Origin: Ptychomitrium polyphyllum
Taxonomy: Eukaryota
Direction: 5' to 3'
NCBI GenBank assembly: GCA_973851085.1
Contig: OZ316775.1
Span: 3,038,001 to 3,102,000 of the forward strand
DNA length: 64,000 nucleotides
Of the stretch, positions 1 to 14,324 are shown in pieces. A program made the position numbers and the translations under genes. Position 1 is the stretch's first letter. The number at the start of each line of letters is the position of its first letter. The notes under the pieces are model-generated. The model did no database searches, was not told the DNA's origin, and saw nothing but the letters and a program-made list of their open reading frames with translations.

Positions 1-1698
1 CTACAGCTACCACTCTCATCACGATAACGCTTTACAAGTGTTCATTTCATATTTTTGAGACAATTTCAAACATCAGTATGCTCATAGGTGATAATAACGT
101 GGTAGAAGCCATTGGAATAGACTCCATTGTAATGGAGATTGTTGTAGCGCTGTCATGGTAAATGAGCCTTGTTTTAAAAAAATACTAGTCTTCTGACTGC
201 TATTAATCATTCAACAAGTTGGCAAGATGGTATTTACCTAGTTATTTAAGTGAAAAAGTTCTTTGATCATTCTTTTTAAGCTTTGTAAAGATCACAATTC
301 AAACCCAAACCATAACTACATACTGCCATTATAAAGCTGCTTACAATTTTGTTCATATTTCCTATTATAAAATTTGATGAACCTAATATTTTGACACTAT
401 GTTTTTAACGCATTTATAAAATTATAGTAATAATTTCATAACCACAGCTACTATAAGCATTGAAAACCATGCTTTCAAAGTTCTTACTTCCCACTGCCAC
501 AGCTCGTGGACCCCCTCTATTTTATTACTTCATAACTTCTTTTCTATTACAAATCTAAATTTAAAGCTTTATATACACATTACTCATCTTATAATAAACA
601 CTATCTTAAAATATCATCTTCAAAAACCCGTTCAATCTTCTTTTATAGCCGAAAATATAAAACTCCAACTCTGCTCTATCCAGCTTTCAAAGTTCCGACG
701 ACATTTTTTCTTATATCTTCTACTATACAAGCCTTTTATTCTCCAAAGTTTTAAAACATCATCTTAAAAAAGTGAAAATACTACTTTTTAAACTTAATTA
801 CCAAATTTCCAAATACACAAAAAGTTATAGGCACCTAAAGCAACTGCTCCCTAAAATTGACTCAACTTCATTCAAATTAGAGCCACAACCACATACTAAT
901 TCCAAATGGAGCGTGTAATAATATTTTGGAAAGCTAACAAAGAAAAAAAGAATATCCATTAAAAATCAATTCAAATTAAAAAATGTAATATGAGATATGA
1001 TCAAAGGAAAGGCTGCCTTAAGTAACAAGTGGGAGAGGCCGAGAAAGAAGAAGAAGGTGGTGGTCAAACTGCCACATCCGCCTCTTATCACTCCACACTA
1101 GCCTTATCTTTCTACATCAGCCTCTAATTTCCTTTGCCTAGTCCTTATTTAACCATATTTTTAAATAAAAAACAACCTAAATCATTTTTTTTTGCTTTTC
1201 TTTCTTTTCTCTTATTTTGTTGAAACTTCTAGGTTCCAAACTACAAAGGAAAACAAAACCAATCCTTACAAATTTAAAGTAGGAAATTTAAACTAAAATA
1301 AAAAGAAAAAAATAGAAAAAAGATTGAAGTTCAATGAATATAAAGTCACTATTGAAGCAAAATCAAACACCAAGCCACAAACTTGGTTGACTGGATAAAA
1401 TTCAACTGCAAAATTGGTCCGAGTTTGATTCTTGTTGGATTTGTTAACTAAGATGGCGGCACTTGGCTTATTACTGCTAGTGAGAACGGCAAACAGAATA
1501 ACACAATCAATCGGCGCCTTTACCATGAATTAAGACAAAATGTAGTTCTACCTCTAAAATACTAAAAATTGTGGTTTCACCACGATCCTTTTCACCTAAA
1601 TTCCCTTTTCATCCTAGTATTCCTTTTTAAAACACAATAAATCAAAATCCACAAAATAATACATATTAGCTAAGTTTTAAGCCATATAATTATTTACA
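1..1698. mobile_element. Probable LTR or non-coding part of a retroelement that truncates the adjacent copia element
   Basis: Non-coding, with internal short repeats (gctttcaaagttc at ~471 and ~683). It ends ...TATTTACA at 1698 (TGTAAATA on minus), exactly where copia pol homology begins mid-domain, which fits a TG..CA LTR boundary. The other end is not identified. Confidence 0.35.
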
Positions 1699-4600
1699 GT
1701 ACAATAGCGCGCAAGACCAAGACAATCACCTTCAAGGACGTGTTCCAAGTGCCAAAGATGAAGTCCAATCTCCTCTTGGTTAGCAAATTTGTGATGAGAG
1801 GGTTTGTGGTCCATTTCTATATAAATGGATGTGTTGTGAAGTCATTGGATGGAGATATTGTTGCCACAAGCTTCAAAGATGAGAACTTGTACTTCATCAA
1901 GTGTAAGAAAGTACATGGAGTAGAAGTGGTAGCTTCTGTTGAATTTATTCAAAATGAAGTTAAGTTTGGCATTTGGCATTTAGGCATTTAAATGTCAAGG
2001 ATATGAAGGAACTCTAATCCATGGTAAGTGGCTTGGATCTTGGTACAACATGCCAAAGATTCAAAGGAATTGGTTTGTGAGGATTGCATTTAAGGCAAGC
2101 AATAAAGGGCAAATCATGCAAGCACATTATTGGAGATTGTGCATTCCAACGTGTGTGGACATATGAGGATTCTATCTATAGACGATGCAATGTATATTCT
2201 TATCTTTATTGATGATGTTTTAAGGAAGGTTTGGATATTCATCTTTAAAGCCAAGAATGAATGCTTTGCTAAGTTTAAAGAATTCAAGGCTCTTGTGGAG
2301 AAGCAATGCACGTCCAAGATCAAAATATTGCGCTTGGACAATGGTAGTGACTTCCTCTCCAAGTGATTTAATAACTTCTTGAAGGATGAAGACATTGCAA
2401 GGCAAACTTCCACTCCATACACTACAATAAAATGGAATTGCTTAGAAGACAAACCACACTATTGTAGAAATGGCGAGGAGCATATTTTATGATCAACATC
2501 TTGGACATTAATTGTAAGCAGAAGTGGTGGTGAATGGAATGTCCACAAGAAATAGGTGCCTTACAAGTGTTCTTGCATCCATGACCGTTGAAGAAGCTTG
2601 GAGTGGTATGAAACCTTGTGTTTCATACATGAAGATCTTTGAATGCTTTGGATATGCAAAAGTACGAGATTCTATGAGGTCCAAATTCAGTGCAAAGGGC
2701 ACAAAGTGTATGTTCTTTGATTATTGTGAAGATACCAAGGTATATAAATTGATGTGTATGGAAAGCAAAAGATCATCAAAAGTTGTGATGTTGAGTTTTT
2801 GGAATAAAAGAGTGCTTGTAAGCACTTGGAGATGTGTCCTAGTGGGAGTAAAGGTATGATTGTGGACACATCCTCCACTTCAGCAATAGAATAAGGTAGA
2901 AAAATGGATCTAGGTGAAGAACCAAAAGAGGGAGAGAAGAAGGCGTCTTCTACCCTTATGACTAATAGAAAAGCTTTACAAGATGATGGTGAGCACCATC
3001 CTTCAAGAAAGGGAACACAACCTTCAAATAAGAGGGAAGTTCATATATTACAAAAGAAAAAGGCTTACAACAAGTGATAGGAGGTACTCCATGAGGGAAA
3101 GGAGGCTACCCAGTAGAAGGTGGAAGAACCATTTTTTTTTCTAAGTAAATGTTGAATATGCTAGTATTGCCTTAATTGTTGATTCCTTGACTTTGTGTGA
3201 TGTTTTGAAGTCCATGGATGCCATGAAGTGGAAGAAGGCCGTGGAAGAGGAATACAAGTCACTCATGGACAATGGCACATGGAACGTCACCCAATTTCCT
3301 CCAAGACATTCTTCTATAGGCTGCATGTAGGTGTTTAGGACCAAGAGGGATGCTTCAAATGCAATTGTGAGGCACAATGCAAGACTAGTTGCCAAATGAT
3401 ACTTATAAGTTGTTGGAGTTGACTTCAACAAGACATTTGTTCTTGTAGCCAACTTCACCACCATTAAAACCATCTTAACTATAGTGGTGGCAATAGATTT
3501 AGAAATCCACCAAATAGATGTGAAGACAGCCTTCTTAAATGGAGACTTGAAAGAAGACATCTATATAAAGTAACCTCTAAAATTTGTACATGAAGGCATG
3601 GAGCACCTTGTTTGCAAATGGAGACTTGAAAGAAGACATCTACATAGAGTGACCTCTAAAATTTGTACATGAAGGCATGGAGCACCTTGTTTGCAAATTG
3701 AAAAAGTCCTTATACGGGCTTAAGCAATCATTAAAGGCATGATACCAACGCATCAATGCATTCTTTAAAAAAGAAGGATTTGTGAGAAAAGAATCAAATC
3801 ATTCCTTGTATGTTATGCAAAATATGGAGTTTTTATTCATTGTGATTATGTATGTGAATGATTTGATCATATTGGCCAATATTTTGAAGAAGCTAAAGTG
3901 ACTAAAGGCCAAATTAAAGCAGAAGTTTGATATGAGTGATTTGGGCAAATTACTCTATTTCCTTGGAATGGAATTTTTGATGGATCATGTAAAGAAGACC
4001 ATCACCATGAGTCAAAAGAAGTACATTGAAATGGTGTTGAAGCAATTCAATATAAAAGACTGCAAGCCAATGGAACTTTCCTAGAGGCCAATTTGAGGTT
4101 GATGAAGCTCATTAATGAAGGATTTGTGGAGGTGGAGGGCCAAATGCAAGGCATTCCATATAAGGCAAGAATAAAGTTCCTTATATATGCCATAGTTAGC
4201 ACAAGGTTTGATCTTGCATTTGCAGTGAATATTGTGAGCCAACATATATTTAAGGCCAGCCCCATGCATTGAGAAACCATCAAGAGGATCATGAAGTACG
4301 TAAAGGGCACCTTAGACTTAATTCTATGCTTCAAAAATGATAACATTGAGTTGCAAATGATTTGTGATGCGGATTGGGCTAAAGATGCCAACAACATGCG
4401 ATCTACGACAAATTGTATGTTTTTTGTGGAAGTAGGAGCCATTTCTTGGAATTGCAAGAGGCAATCCACAATTGCAAGGTCAACTATGGAGGCAGAGTAC
4501 ATGGCAATGAGTCACAATGCAATGGAAGCAATGTGACTAAGGTAGCTTTTGGAGGACATTAGACTTGTGCAATTGGATGCAACACCCATCATGTGTAAAA

Positions 4601-4790
4601 ACCACGATGTCTTGCTTTTGCCAAGAATTCCAAACATCACTTACAAAAAAGTACATCAACATCCAACAACTTTTCATAAGAAAGAAAATTGAGGATGGAG
4701 TGATAAATATGAAATATTGTGCAATAAAGGTAATGTTTGTTGATTTGTTACAAAAGCATTGATAAAGGATAGATACCACTTCTTGATAGT
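1699..4790 (+). mobile_element. Degenerate Ty1/copia retrotransposon pol (GAG-pre-integrase, integrase, RT, RNase H), 5'-truncated
   Basis: Copia domain order INT-RT-RH. Motifs: FKDVFQVPKMKSNLLLVSK, WH.LGH..CxxC, LEIVHSNVCG, IFIDD, LRLDNGSDF (integrase); ARLVAK, HQIDVKTAFLNGDLKEDIY, LKKSLYGLKQ, MYVNDL (RT); DADWA, STMEAEY (RNase H). Many stops and frameshifts. Confidence 0.95.
3537..3698 (+). repeat. 79-bp tandem duplication inside the copia RT
   Basis: aaatggagacttgaaagaagacatc...caccttgtttgc occurs at 3537-3615 and 3616-3694, followed by aaat. The copies differ by 3 transitions. Confidence 0.95.
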
Positions 4791-5034
4791 GGGAGTCTTG
4801 AAAGAAATAGAATATATAAAAATTAATCTTAGTTGAAGTTATCACCTATAGGTTTTAAGTTTGATATGTTGCTAATGATCAAAATGATCTCAAAATAGAG
4901 GCCATGGAGGATATGGTGGCTAAGATTTAAAGAAAGCAATTAGGATTTTTATGATAGCTAGGGTTGTAGTGGCCCTTGGGTGTCTTTCTCTATTAAAGCA
5001 GCCTCTGAGTGTCTTTGTCCACTATACATAAGAG

Positions 5035-5400
5035 ACGTGTTGGATCAAGGTAACGATTTGAACTTGGTTTACAAAGCCTTGAAATTTTGAACCCGTATTG
5101 TTAAATTTCTCCAAAAGATTAATTCTTGGTTCTTTTGTAATCATTATTGAGTTGTTGGCTTAAATATGTGCATGTCTTATAAATGCAAGTTTAAGCTATG
5201 GAGTACCAAGATTGACTTGGAATAGCAACTGGGATGTTTCTGCTCTTTGACCATTATATATGGTCATATAAAGCTCTTCATTTTACTTGGATAAAGCCTT
5301 GGTTTGATCCTCAATGCTTTGAAGGCATGTATATTTGAATCTAATTTGGCTTCTTTTGAATCTATCATATTGACCATTTCAGCTTTTAACATAGAAATTA
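5035..5400 (-). mobile_element. Ty3/gypsy gag N-terminal remnant
   Basis: Minus-strand translation around 5135-5040 reads KEPRINLLEKFNNTGSKFQGFVNQVQIVTLIQH. This resembles the gypsy gag signature EPK(I/V)SLPEKFDGTRSKFRGF(I/V)NQ and lies just inside the LTR at 5563-6118. Confidence 0.75.
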
Positions 5401-5562
5401 AAAAAGAAATTAAAAATAAAATGACTAAGTAAATAAAACACTAAGGAAGATTTAAGGGCAATATCAGTTCATAAGAAGGTAATTTACAACCTTTGGAGCT
5501 ATATAGTACTTTTAAGAAGAGAAGTAACCCATTTTCTATCAAAAAAGACCAAGCTTTAATAT

Positions 5563-6118
5563 TGTTGTATAACAACCTTGACAAACTATTACAGACAAAG
5601 TAATGATTGTTGAAATGAATGAAATATATAAAATAATCCTTGTTGATGTTTTCTCTGTATAGTACTTGACCTTAATAAATTGCTAATGTTCATAGAAATG
5701 TTAAGAAAGAGGCCATAAAAGATATGGAATCAAGAATTAAGGAAAAGGCAACTAGAGTTTAGGTTGGCGGCTATAGTTAGGGCGGAGGATAGGGTGGCGG
5801 CTAAGGCTTGGCCGCCACCTTAGCGTCCTTCCTACTATATAAATAAACCATGTTAGAAATAAGAGACATAACTGAGAAGTCTGAGCTAGACCATTAAGAG
5901 ATGTGTTGTTTAGACTGAAGATCTTTTAAGTCCTGATTCTTACATATACTAGGATTATAAGCCTTAGAAGCTTCTAATACAATACTTTGTATACAAGCAC
6001 TCTTAAGTTGCTTCCTTGGAGGCTTCTTTAACCAAGGTGACTTCCTTAGAATCTTCCTTAGCCTTCTTAAACCTTCAAAGAACATTTCTAAAAGCTTTTA
6101 ATATATGTGTCCATGACA
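5563..6118 (-). mobile_element. 5' LTR of the gypsy remnant (~556 bp)
   Basis: On minus it begins TGTCATGGACAC (6118) and ends ...ATACAACA (5563), giving TG..CA termini. It contains AGAAG/CTTCT-rich repeats and a TATA-like tract at ~5835-5845, and lies upstream of the gag remnant. Confidence 0.65.
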
Positions 6119-7941
6119 ATCTCTAAAACCTTTTGAATTAATTTTTTAAGAAGTGGAAGTTATTTAAACTATTACAAGCTATTGAAATGTTTTTCAAGAT
6201 TATACTACTTAATGAATGTTTATTACAAATGTACCATCTTTAATCTTTGTAGGTGTATATCAAATTTATAATTTTCCACGACTTTCAACAATTACTTGAA
6301 TATTAAGTATGTTATTGCATTTGTTGTTTGAAAGATATTCATACCACTTTTATCTTTTCATTAACGTACTTGTATTTTATTATTTATGGCTTGAAATCAA
6401 TATTTGAAGTTTGGAGCCAAGTAATTAATCATTAATAGCTAAACTTCCTCCACTCTTTTTTTCATGCCACTTTTTCTTTTGTTTCCTATGGTTTTTTTAA
6501 TAAAAAAAAAATGTATAAAAGAAATTACAATTAATTTTTAAAGAAATTTGATTGTATTGAATTCCATTATTGAAGGATGGTTTAGCTCTTTATTATACAA
6601 AAAAAAATCAAAAAACAATATTTAAAATGAATATTAGATTAAAAACCGCCATAATATTTTATTCACTTTGCCATTGCTTGTCTAGCTTTCTACAACATGG
6701 TTATTTAAGATTGATGTATGGAAATCAAAGTCTTTTTAGTAGGCATTAGATTTTTGCTAATTTAAAAGAAGACAAACGATGAGGCAAAAAATTTCTAAAA
6801 AATAGAAGATAAAACATATTGACTTTTTTTCGCCCAATAAAGTAAATAAACTTTTTTTTGCATAAAGCTTAAGAACTTGTTCCATAATCTTCACAAATAA
6901 TGTATTTTTTAGAATCCAATCCACTATGTCATCATGGCTACTATTATATTTAATACGCTTTTTTCTATTATAAAATACATTGATATTTATTTAGATTGAG
7001 CTCAAATCAAATTGAATTGCATGCTCAATGATCTTTTATTAATATTATTTATTCTATTATGAATCTATTTGATATTGATAGTGATGAAATTAAAAAATTA
7101 GCTTGGTTCAAATTGAATTATATACTTCACAAATTGTTTAACTACAAATGCAATGGCTTTTAGTTACTTTAGATTATTTATTGGCAAAAAATTTCTTTAC
7201 AATTTAGAAAACATAACAATTATCTTTGACAAATTTAATTCCTTTTAGATTTATTTCATTCCAAAGATTATTTTGGGACTCCAAGTTTTCTATTATAACA
7301 GATATAATGTCATAATGAATATTTTTTATAAAATATGCAATCATAATAAAGTAATAAAGTGATCCATTTTATGTATTTTCAGTATTTGAAAAAATTGAGG
7401 CATAAAATGACTACAATCAATTTTTTCTGATTTTAGCATTGAAGTGTATCAATATCATTTAAAAGGGCCAAAACTTTCAAAATTAGTTTAAACATTTTAT
7501 AGTTTCTTTTCACATTGTAAATACTTATATACTCACAGTTATGTATATTTTTTATTACTTTTATTTTACTTCACTTTTTTCATGTTTATCTCACTTTTGG
7601 TCTATTTTGTAAAACTATGAAATATCTTTTTTATGTGTACTACCACCTCTACATCACTTCTTGTATAAATTTTAAATTTCTAATTGTATAAATACATAAA
7701 TTTATATATTTTATAGAATTCATTTGGAAACATTTTACATTAATATTATTAAACTTTAAATAATTCCTATCATCTTATGTTTTTAAAATTCACAATGATT
7801 CATTTTAAAACCTATCTAAATAAATGCTATAGAATTGATGTAAAAAGATTTAGTTATATAGCTTGGAATGTAATTTACATCTACATGATTAGAATCAATT
7901 TTCATATCACCAATAAATTTGAATAAAATTTAGAACTTAGA

Positions 7942-7993
7942 ATGTTTTTGCCATGTTTACTATGTTTTTGCCATGTTTACTATGTTTTTGCCA
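7942..7993. repeat. 20-bp tandem repeat, ~2.6 copies
   Basis: Unit atgtttttgccatgtttact. Confidence 0.9.
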
Positions 7994-10900
7994 AATATTT
8001 TTAGTTGTATATTAAAAGATAAGTTATATTTAATTATTACATCAACCAAAATGATTTGCCATGTTCTATGACAAGGGTCATAACATTCCATACTATGGCT
8101 CATACAACATACAATATAAATATCTAACTACAATTAGAATTTCTTTTTTTATTTTAATAAAAAAAAGATGTTACAGCTTGGAGTTTGTATAGGTGAATAT
8201 TTGGAGTGGATTTGGAAGTGTAAAGATGTCTTTTAAGGATTTGGAATATTATAATGTACTTGAAAAGTGTTAAGTTGCACAATGTGTGTAAGTTTGTAAT
8301 ATCTACCTTGGACTAAGTTGGTAGAATTTAAATTACATGTTCTTACTCACTTTACATAATTGAAGAAAAACTTGGATACCAAACTTGGAACTTGTGCTTT
8401 TAGTGAGGTTTAATGTTGGAATATAAAGTTCAAAGGTCTACTACTTATTAGAATAGGAGTTGTAGAGCATTGAATTGAAAGAGATCCAACAAATTAGATT
8501 TGCAATAGTTGATCAAATAGACATTTGTGTTAGGAAAAAAAATATGAACAAACCATAAAAGTTGTAGCCTACCACAAAAAGAAGCCATGTACTTACTAAA
8601 CAAAATACGCATTCATCTTTACATTACTAGGATGGAGCATAAGGATAATTATACTAAGGCAATTTTAGAATTTAAATGGTGATCCTTAGATAGCAAGATG
8701 CTAAGTTGGAATTGAGGATTGTGGACAAAAGTATACAATTTTAGTAATTTTATATTTTTGATATATGAATTGGAAATAAGATTAAAATATGCTTCATTGT
8801 TGTATATATTTTATCATTCCTTTTGTAGCATATCCATTAGAAGTCTATAAAAATATTGTTAGAGAATTGTGATAGGTCATTATTGTATAGAAATCAATTC
8901 ATTCTAATGGAATAAAAAATAATGCATTGACATTAATAGAAGACACGAATGGAAGAAGTCTATTAAAAAGAAAGTGATTATAATCTTTGAATGTGAAGAT
9001 TTAGGAAGAAACACAAATTGCAAAGACATATAATGGATATGATGGAAACTTACTTAATTTTGTGAATTTGTCATCTCTTTGAACTGTCTCCTATTTGAAT
9101 GTAATAACTTTTTTTCATAGTGATATTTTGTTGTTCATATATTTTGTTGTTGACTTTAAAATCATATGTAAATCTAATTTCTCTTTCAATCCTAAATTTG
9201 TTTGAAATTTTTTCTTCTTCAATATAAAACATCTAAATTACATTCTTCACATATCAAGGCAAGCTAATAATGGAGACTTCATTCATCTTTATAGACATGT
9301 CTCTCCACACCTATTGAATGATTATAACCAATTTTTTTATAGATTGGTTTAACTCCATTTTCTAAAATGTTTCTTGATACAATAGCAATATTTATGCTCA
9401 TAGACCAAATTAGAATTCCATTATAATTGCTCACTTTATAAATCCTCAGAAGTGCTCTTGTGAACTTCCAAACATTGGCCCGTCGGAACTCCCTTAATTT
9501 CATAGAAAAAAACTGTAGACACCACCCATGGGAGGTCACATCCAACTCATTTCTTTGGGCACCATCCAAACGTAGCCCCTCTAAATTGGGAAAGCCTGCA
9601 AAGTCTGACTTTGCATCAGCCTGGAAGGATAATTACGATACTTATAAATTCTAGCCTACGGAGTGCCTCATAAGGTGCGGCTTGGATGGTAGCCAGTTGT
9701 TTAGATAGGGGCGGCAACAAGGGCTTCTGAGTGGGATGTGGAGGCTTCAGTTCTCAAGGAAGATCCTTCCTCAGCCCCACTCACTTGGATTGTTGTCTTC
9801 TCTGGCAGCATGAAAAAGTGAAAGCACAAGCAAAGTGATCATGAGGCATTCATTCCAGCCTCCAGACGTTTTCAGTATCATGCTCCTTTTCGTTCAAGTC
9901 TGGCTCAGATTTTGTAAGTAGACATGTGCATAAGCTCTCATATTGTCTTGGGTTTCCTTTCAGCAATGGATTCCTTTTGTCTGTAAATAATGCAAATAAA
10001 GAGAAGAATAAGTCTTCACCAGAAAATTCGCCTTTCATGCTTCTATGACCTCAATTAGCAAGGCTAAATAACTTTCTTTCCTCTTAATCTAAATATTTTG
10101 AAAGTGAATTACTACAAGTGATCTACAAATGGAAAAGGGAAGCCCTACCAACCATACAATAAGGGTTGGATTTGCAATGTGAAGTCTATGGTTGAGGATG
10201 GAGTTTAGATGAGTACTTCAAGGGCTCCATTCTATAATTTCAACCTCTTATAATGTAGTTACTAAAGAGTCTTCCCTCCATTTGTGGGCCAACTGTACCA
10301 ATTCACCTTTCACCTTTAAAGTACTCACTTCATATTCCATTTCTTTCCTCACAAAATGGGATGGAATGTAAGAAAAAGCTACATGTTTGCATGTAATACT
10401 AGGAATTAGGAGTAGCTTAGGTTTACTTCCTAAATGACCAATCTGTTGTTTTGAAATTATTGCCTTTTTTTAATAAGCTATTTGGAATGAAACAAATATT
10501 CTGAAGAGATCAAATATTAAATTCAAAAAAAAAAAAGTTATTTTCAATTGATGCAAAATTTTGTTTTCGAAAGGATTCTGAAGTAGAATACTTCTACTTA
10601 ATTTTAGTACATAATGATAGTATTTAGAAGTTGCATATTAAAATATATCTTGGTTTTGGCTTGTGTCCATCCAGAATTTAGGAATTAAACAATTTTAAGC
10701 TCAAACAAAACAAGATCTTGCAAAAAAAAAAGATCATGAAATTCAAATGACAGAAATTGTATAATGAAGGCAAAGTTCCAACGCATGACTAGAATCATAC
10801 TATTGTATTACAAATGTTAAAAGTTTTCGTGCCTCCTAATTTCTTGCCTGATAATCTGTCAAGAAGCTTGCATGAATTTGTAAAATATAAATACCAATGC

Positions 10901-13900
10901 TCTATTAACACATATAACAAGGAAAAGAACGTGTTTTGTTTCATTTATTTTGGCAAAGTCCCTTTTGCCTAAGTGTGTTACTCAAGTTTTATTTATTTCA
11001 AGAACTTGGTTATTGGTTTAAAAATATTTAATTATGTTATTGATACGATGATGTTGAATGTAAGGTGTTTCCAACCTATTAAAGAATAGACTTTCATAGT
11101 TCGTTTTCACTTTGCTTGTTGTTAAGTTGTCGTTTGTCCATTTGGGAGGCTCTGACCTCAACTGGTTTTGTCCCATAAATAGGACAAACGATTCTAAACC
11201 AGTAGGCTTGGTATCCTTTACCCATGCTGGTAAGTTCAATTTCCTCATGGTAATTGCTGCAGACAACAGCCGATTTGCCTAGTTTGTATGCGTCTTTCCT
11301 TGCCATCATAGATTGGAGGTTTGAAGATTAAACTTTGGAGCCAGGGCTTCGGTGTTGGAAAGATGACGAGCGAGCAGACCTGGAGTTTCATGCTTGCTTC
11401 AAGTTGTATCTCCTTGATTATCTTTACATCTATGAATTTCTTGCGATCTCTGCAAAGGTCTTTGGGAGGCAAGAATTGAGATTCACATGACAGGCTACAA
11501 TTTCGTTTAGTAGGTGTAACTACAGAACTTTTGACCACTGTATACGTTTCAGAATAATGATCTGGAAGCATTTGTAGCTGGTATTTTATATCTCTGTTCA
11601 GGAAGTGAGGAGTAGTTCACTTACAACAGTGTTTCATTCTTGCACTTGGGATTTCAAAGTTGCACAGTTTGGGATTTAACGAATTTGAGTACGCGACATT
11701 ATTTTTTCAAATGCAGAGCTGCTCAACCGTCGTAAAACTCACATTCCTTCGAATCTAGAATCAACAGCAAACTTCAAATGCCGTGCAGATGCACATAATC
11801 TTATTCCTTCTATGCTCATTCACAATGAGTACTGCCAAAGTTACAGTAGCAAGTGACGCGTTTGAGATTCACATAGACACTACACTCTAGATTGATGCGT
11901 ATAACTTGTGCATAGAGGACAAAATCCAACAAAATGCTCGCCATTTCTTTCACAAGTTGCTTGATGTTGTTCATGTCGGTGCACGGAGAACACCTCTGAC
12001 CTATGATGAGGTTGCGGAGCTCCAATCGACTACGTGCATCATTACCAACAGTAATCGGTTCCAATTTCCAATGGTGACCTGAGTTGCCCATTTCTAGGAG
12101 GAATTTGAGAATAACATGAGGATATCCGAAGCATGTGTTTCCCTATTCATGGGTCCTTCTAGCCTATTGATTTGAATCTTATGAGAGGTGATCCCCTTTG
12201 CAGTGATTTCACCATATTTCTATAAAAAATAAAAAATAAAACAAACAGAAAAAAGATTCAAGTGGAGGATTGAGTACCCATATAACTGAAGTTTTATGAG
12301 CACTGTAACTGAACAAGAAAGTCACAACACTACAAACGAATGCTTCTGTCAATTATCTTTATGTAAGAAACAATTTGCACCCTGAGTACCTCCAAAATGT
12401 TGGTATTCAACAGCCATTTACTATGAGTTTAGATTTTAATAAATTTAAGAAATTATTTTGTGCATGCGTTGGTTCTATTTAATACAAGAATAAATGCTGT
12501 TTTTAAAAAAATTACCTTTATTTCCGTCTCTAAAATCTATAGTTAATGTACATGTTCCTTTGTAAATAAAAAGATACATTCTATTCTTAAAAATTTATTC
12601 AACTTTGGAAGTACTAAATGCACCTTTTTTGCCTGTTATAATCATACATAATAATTTTTCAACGTACTTCTAAAATACGAAAAATAAACCTCTATTTTAA
12701 ATTCATAAATTAAAAAAATGTAAAATTTAGTATGCATTTAAAAATGTAAATTTGTGAATTTGTTGTAGATGCATCGATGATTGACAATGATATGTGAAAG
12801 AACAATGTACTAACTATAAGATGAATGTTCACCAACATGTCTAAGTAATTAAACAGGCATGTTCTAAAATAGCAGCTACTATTGGCTCTTTCAAATTCTT
12901 TGAGTGGCATGCATGTTCTTTCTGATTATTAAGCTAGAACCTCAAATATTATTGTAATCTTGTTTGTTCCCAATTATGATTATAATTTTGATGTTAAAAA
13001 AAATAAAAAAAATTGAGAGTTGGAGAATAAAATATATTGTTGCTATTAACAAGCCTATATTTTCATCTTTCCGTATTTTGAAAATTCAACCATACTTCAC
13101 TGTGGCATGTTTTTTCTCCTTCCTCAATCCTCTTGTTTGCATTTACATCTTCCAATGTCACTTTTTCTACTTATATATAATCACATCACTCTTTCCTTGC
13201 ATCCATCTTCAATACCTGATTCTTTTGCCAACTTTATATCATTAATTCATATGTAATTATTAATTCTAAAGTCCTTCTTAACTTTTGTTCGAAGTCTCTT
13301 CCTTTTGTAAATATTTGATTTTCTTATTGAACTACTACATGTATATGAATATTTATTATCAACTGCCTCAACATAGATGTTGTACTTTCCTTCAATATAG
13401 TTTGATCTAAACTAGCTAAATATGCTTCTTACATTGATTTTGCTTGCTCCCTCTTTTTACATTATATTATAATAAATGGTTATTTTTTCTCTTCTTATTA
13501 TATTACATTTGTTATTTTGGCTACTTATAGCCAAGTGATTTTATGATTTTTAATTTTTTTAATTTCTAAAAGATAAGTTAATTCATATCAAAATGGTAAA
13601 AATAGTATGGTAGTTTCTTGTAATGAGCCTGAAAAATGGATATATGGATTCTATATACTTCACCCAAATTAAATCCTTGCTAGTATGGAAACAACTTGCA
13701 ATAACCTACATTTAGGCTAAACAGCTTCAAGGCTAAACATCATTTGAAGTTTTTGAAATTTGGAATATTTGAAATTTTTGAAAAATAGGTATACTGAAAT
13801 AAATTATATTCAAAATGGAACAAGATCAATAGGTGTCTTTTTGTAATGATTCTTAAGTATTTAAGATAGTGGTGATTGATAATTCACAAGTACTTTAGAA

Positions 13901-13969
13901 ATAAATTAGTACTTTACTACATTTTATAAAATATAGAAGTTCCTTCTTAAATTCTTGTCTTCTTTAACT

Positions 13970-14324
13970 TGTTAGGAAATCAAGAAATAAGGAATTAAAT
14001 GAAAAGTAATCTTAAAAATTAGCGTTTGAAGGATTTTTAGATAATAAGAATTGATTCAAGAATTAGAAACAAGGCAATATAATGGATGCTCTACAATTTG
14101 TGTTAATAAGACTAAGATGTACCTTATCTTGCTTTTAATTTATATTGTGAAATCCATGTTTTCTAAAATACTATCAAAAAAGCTTCCTATAAAACTATAA
14201 AATATTCTAGAAATATATAAAAGTTTCTTAAGAAGACTTGTTAAAGGGGTGGAAGATTATAGAAGCTATTAGAAGCTACTAAAAGGTTCTTTAAGACTAT
14301 ATTATATGATGTATGTTTTTGACA
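13970..14324. mobile_element. Solo LTR (~355 bp) with near-perfect 5-bp target-site duplication
   Basis: TGTTAGG...TTTGACA termini, flanked by TAACT (13965-13969) and TAACC (14325-14329). Contains AGAAGCT-type repeats and a segment (tcaagaattagaaacaaggcaa) resembling ~5730-5752 of the other LTR. Confidence 0.6.
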
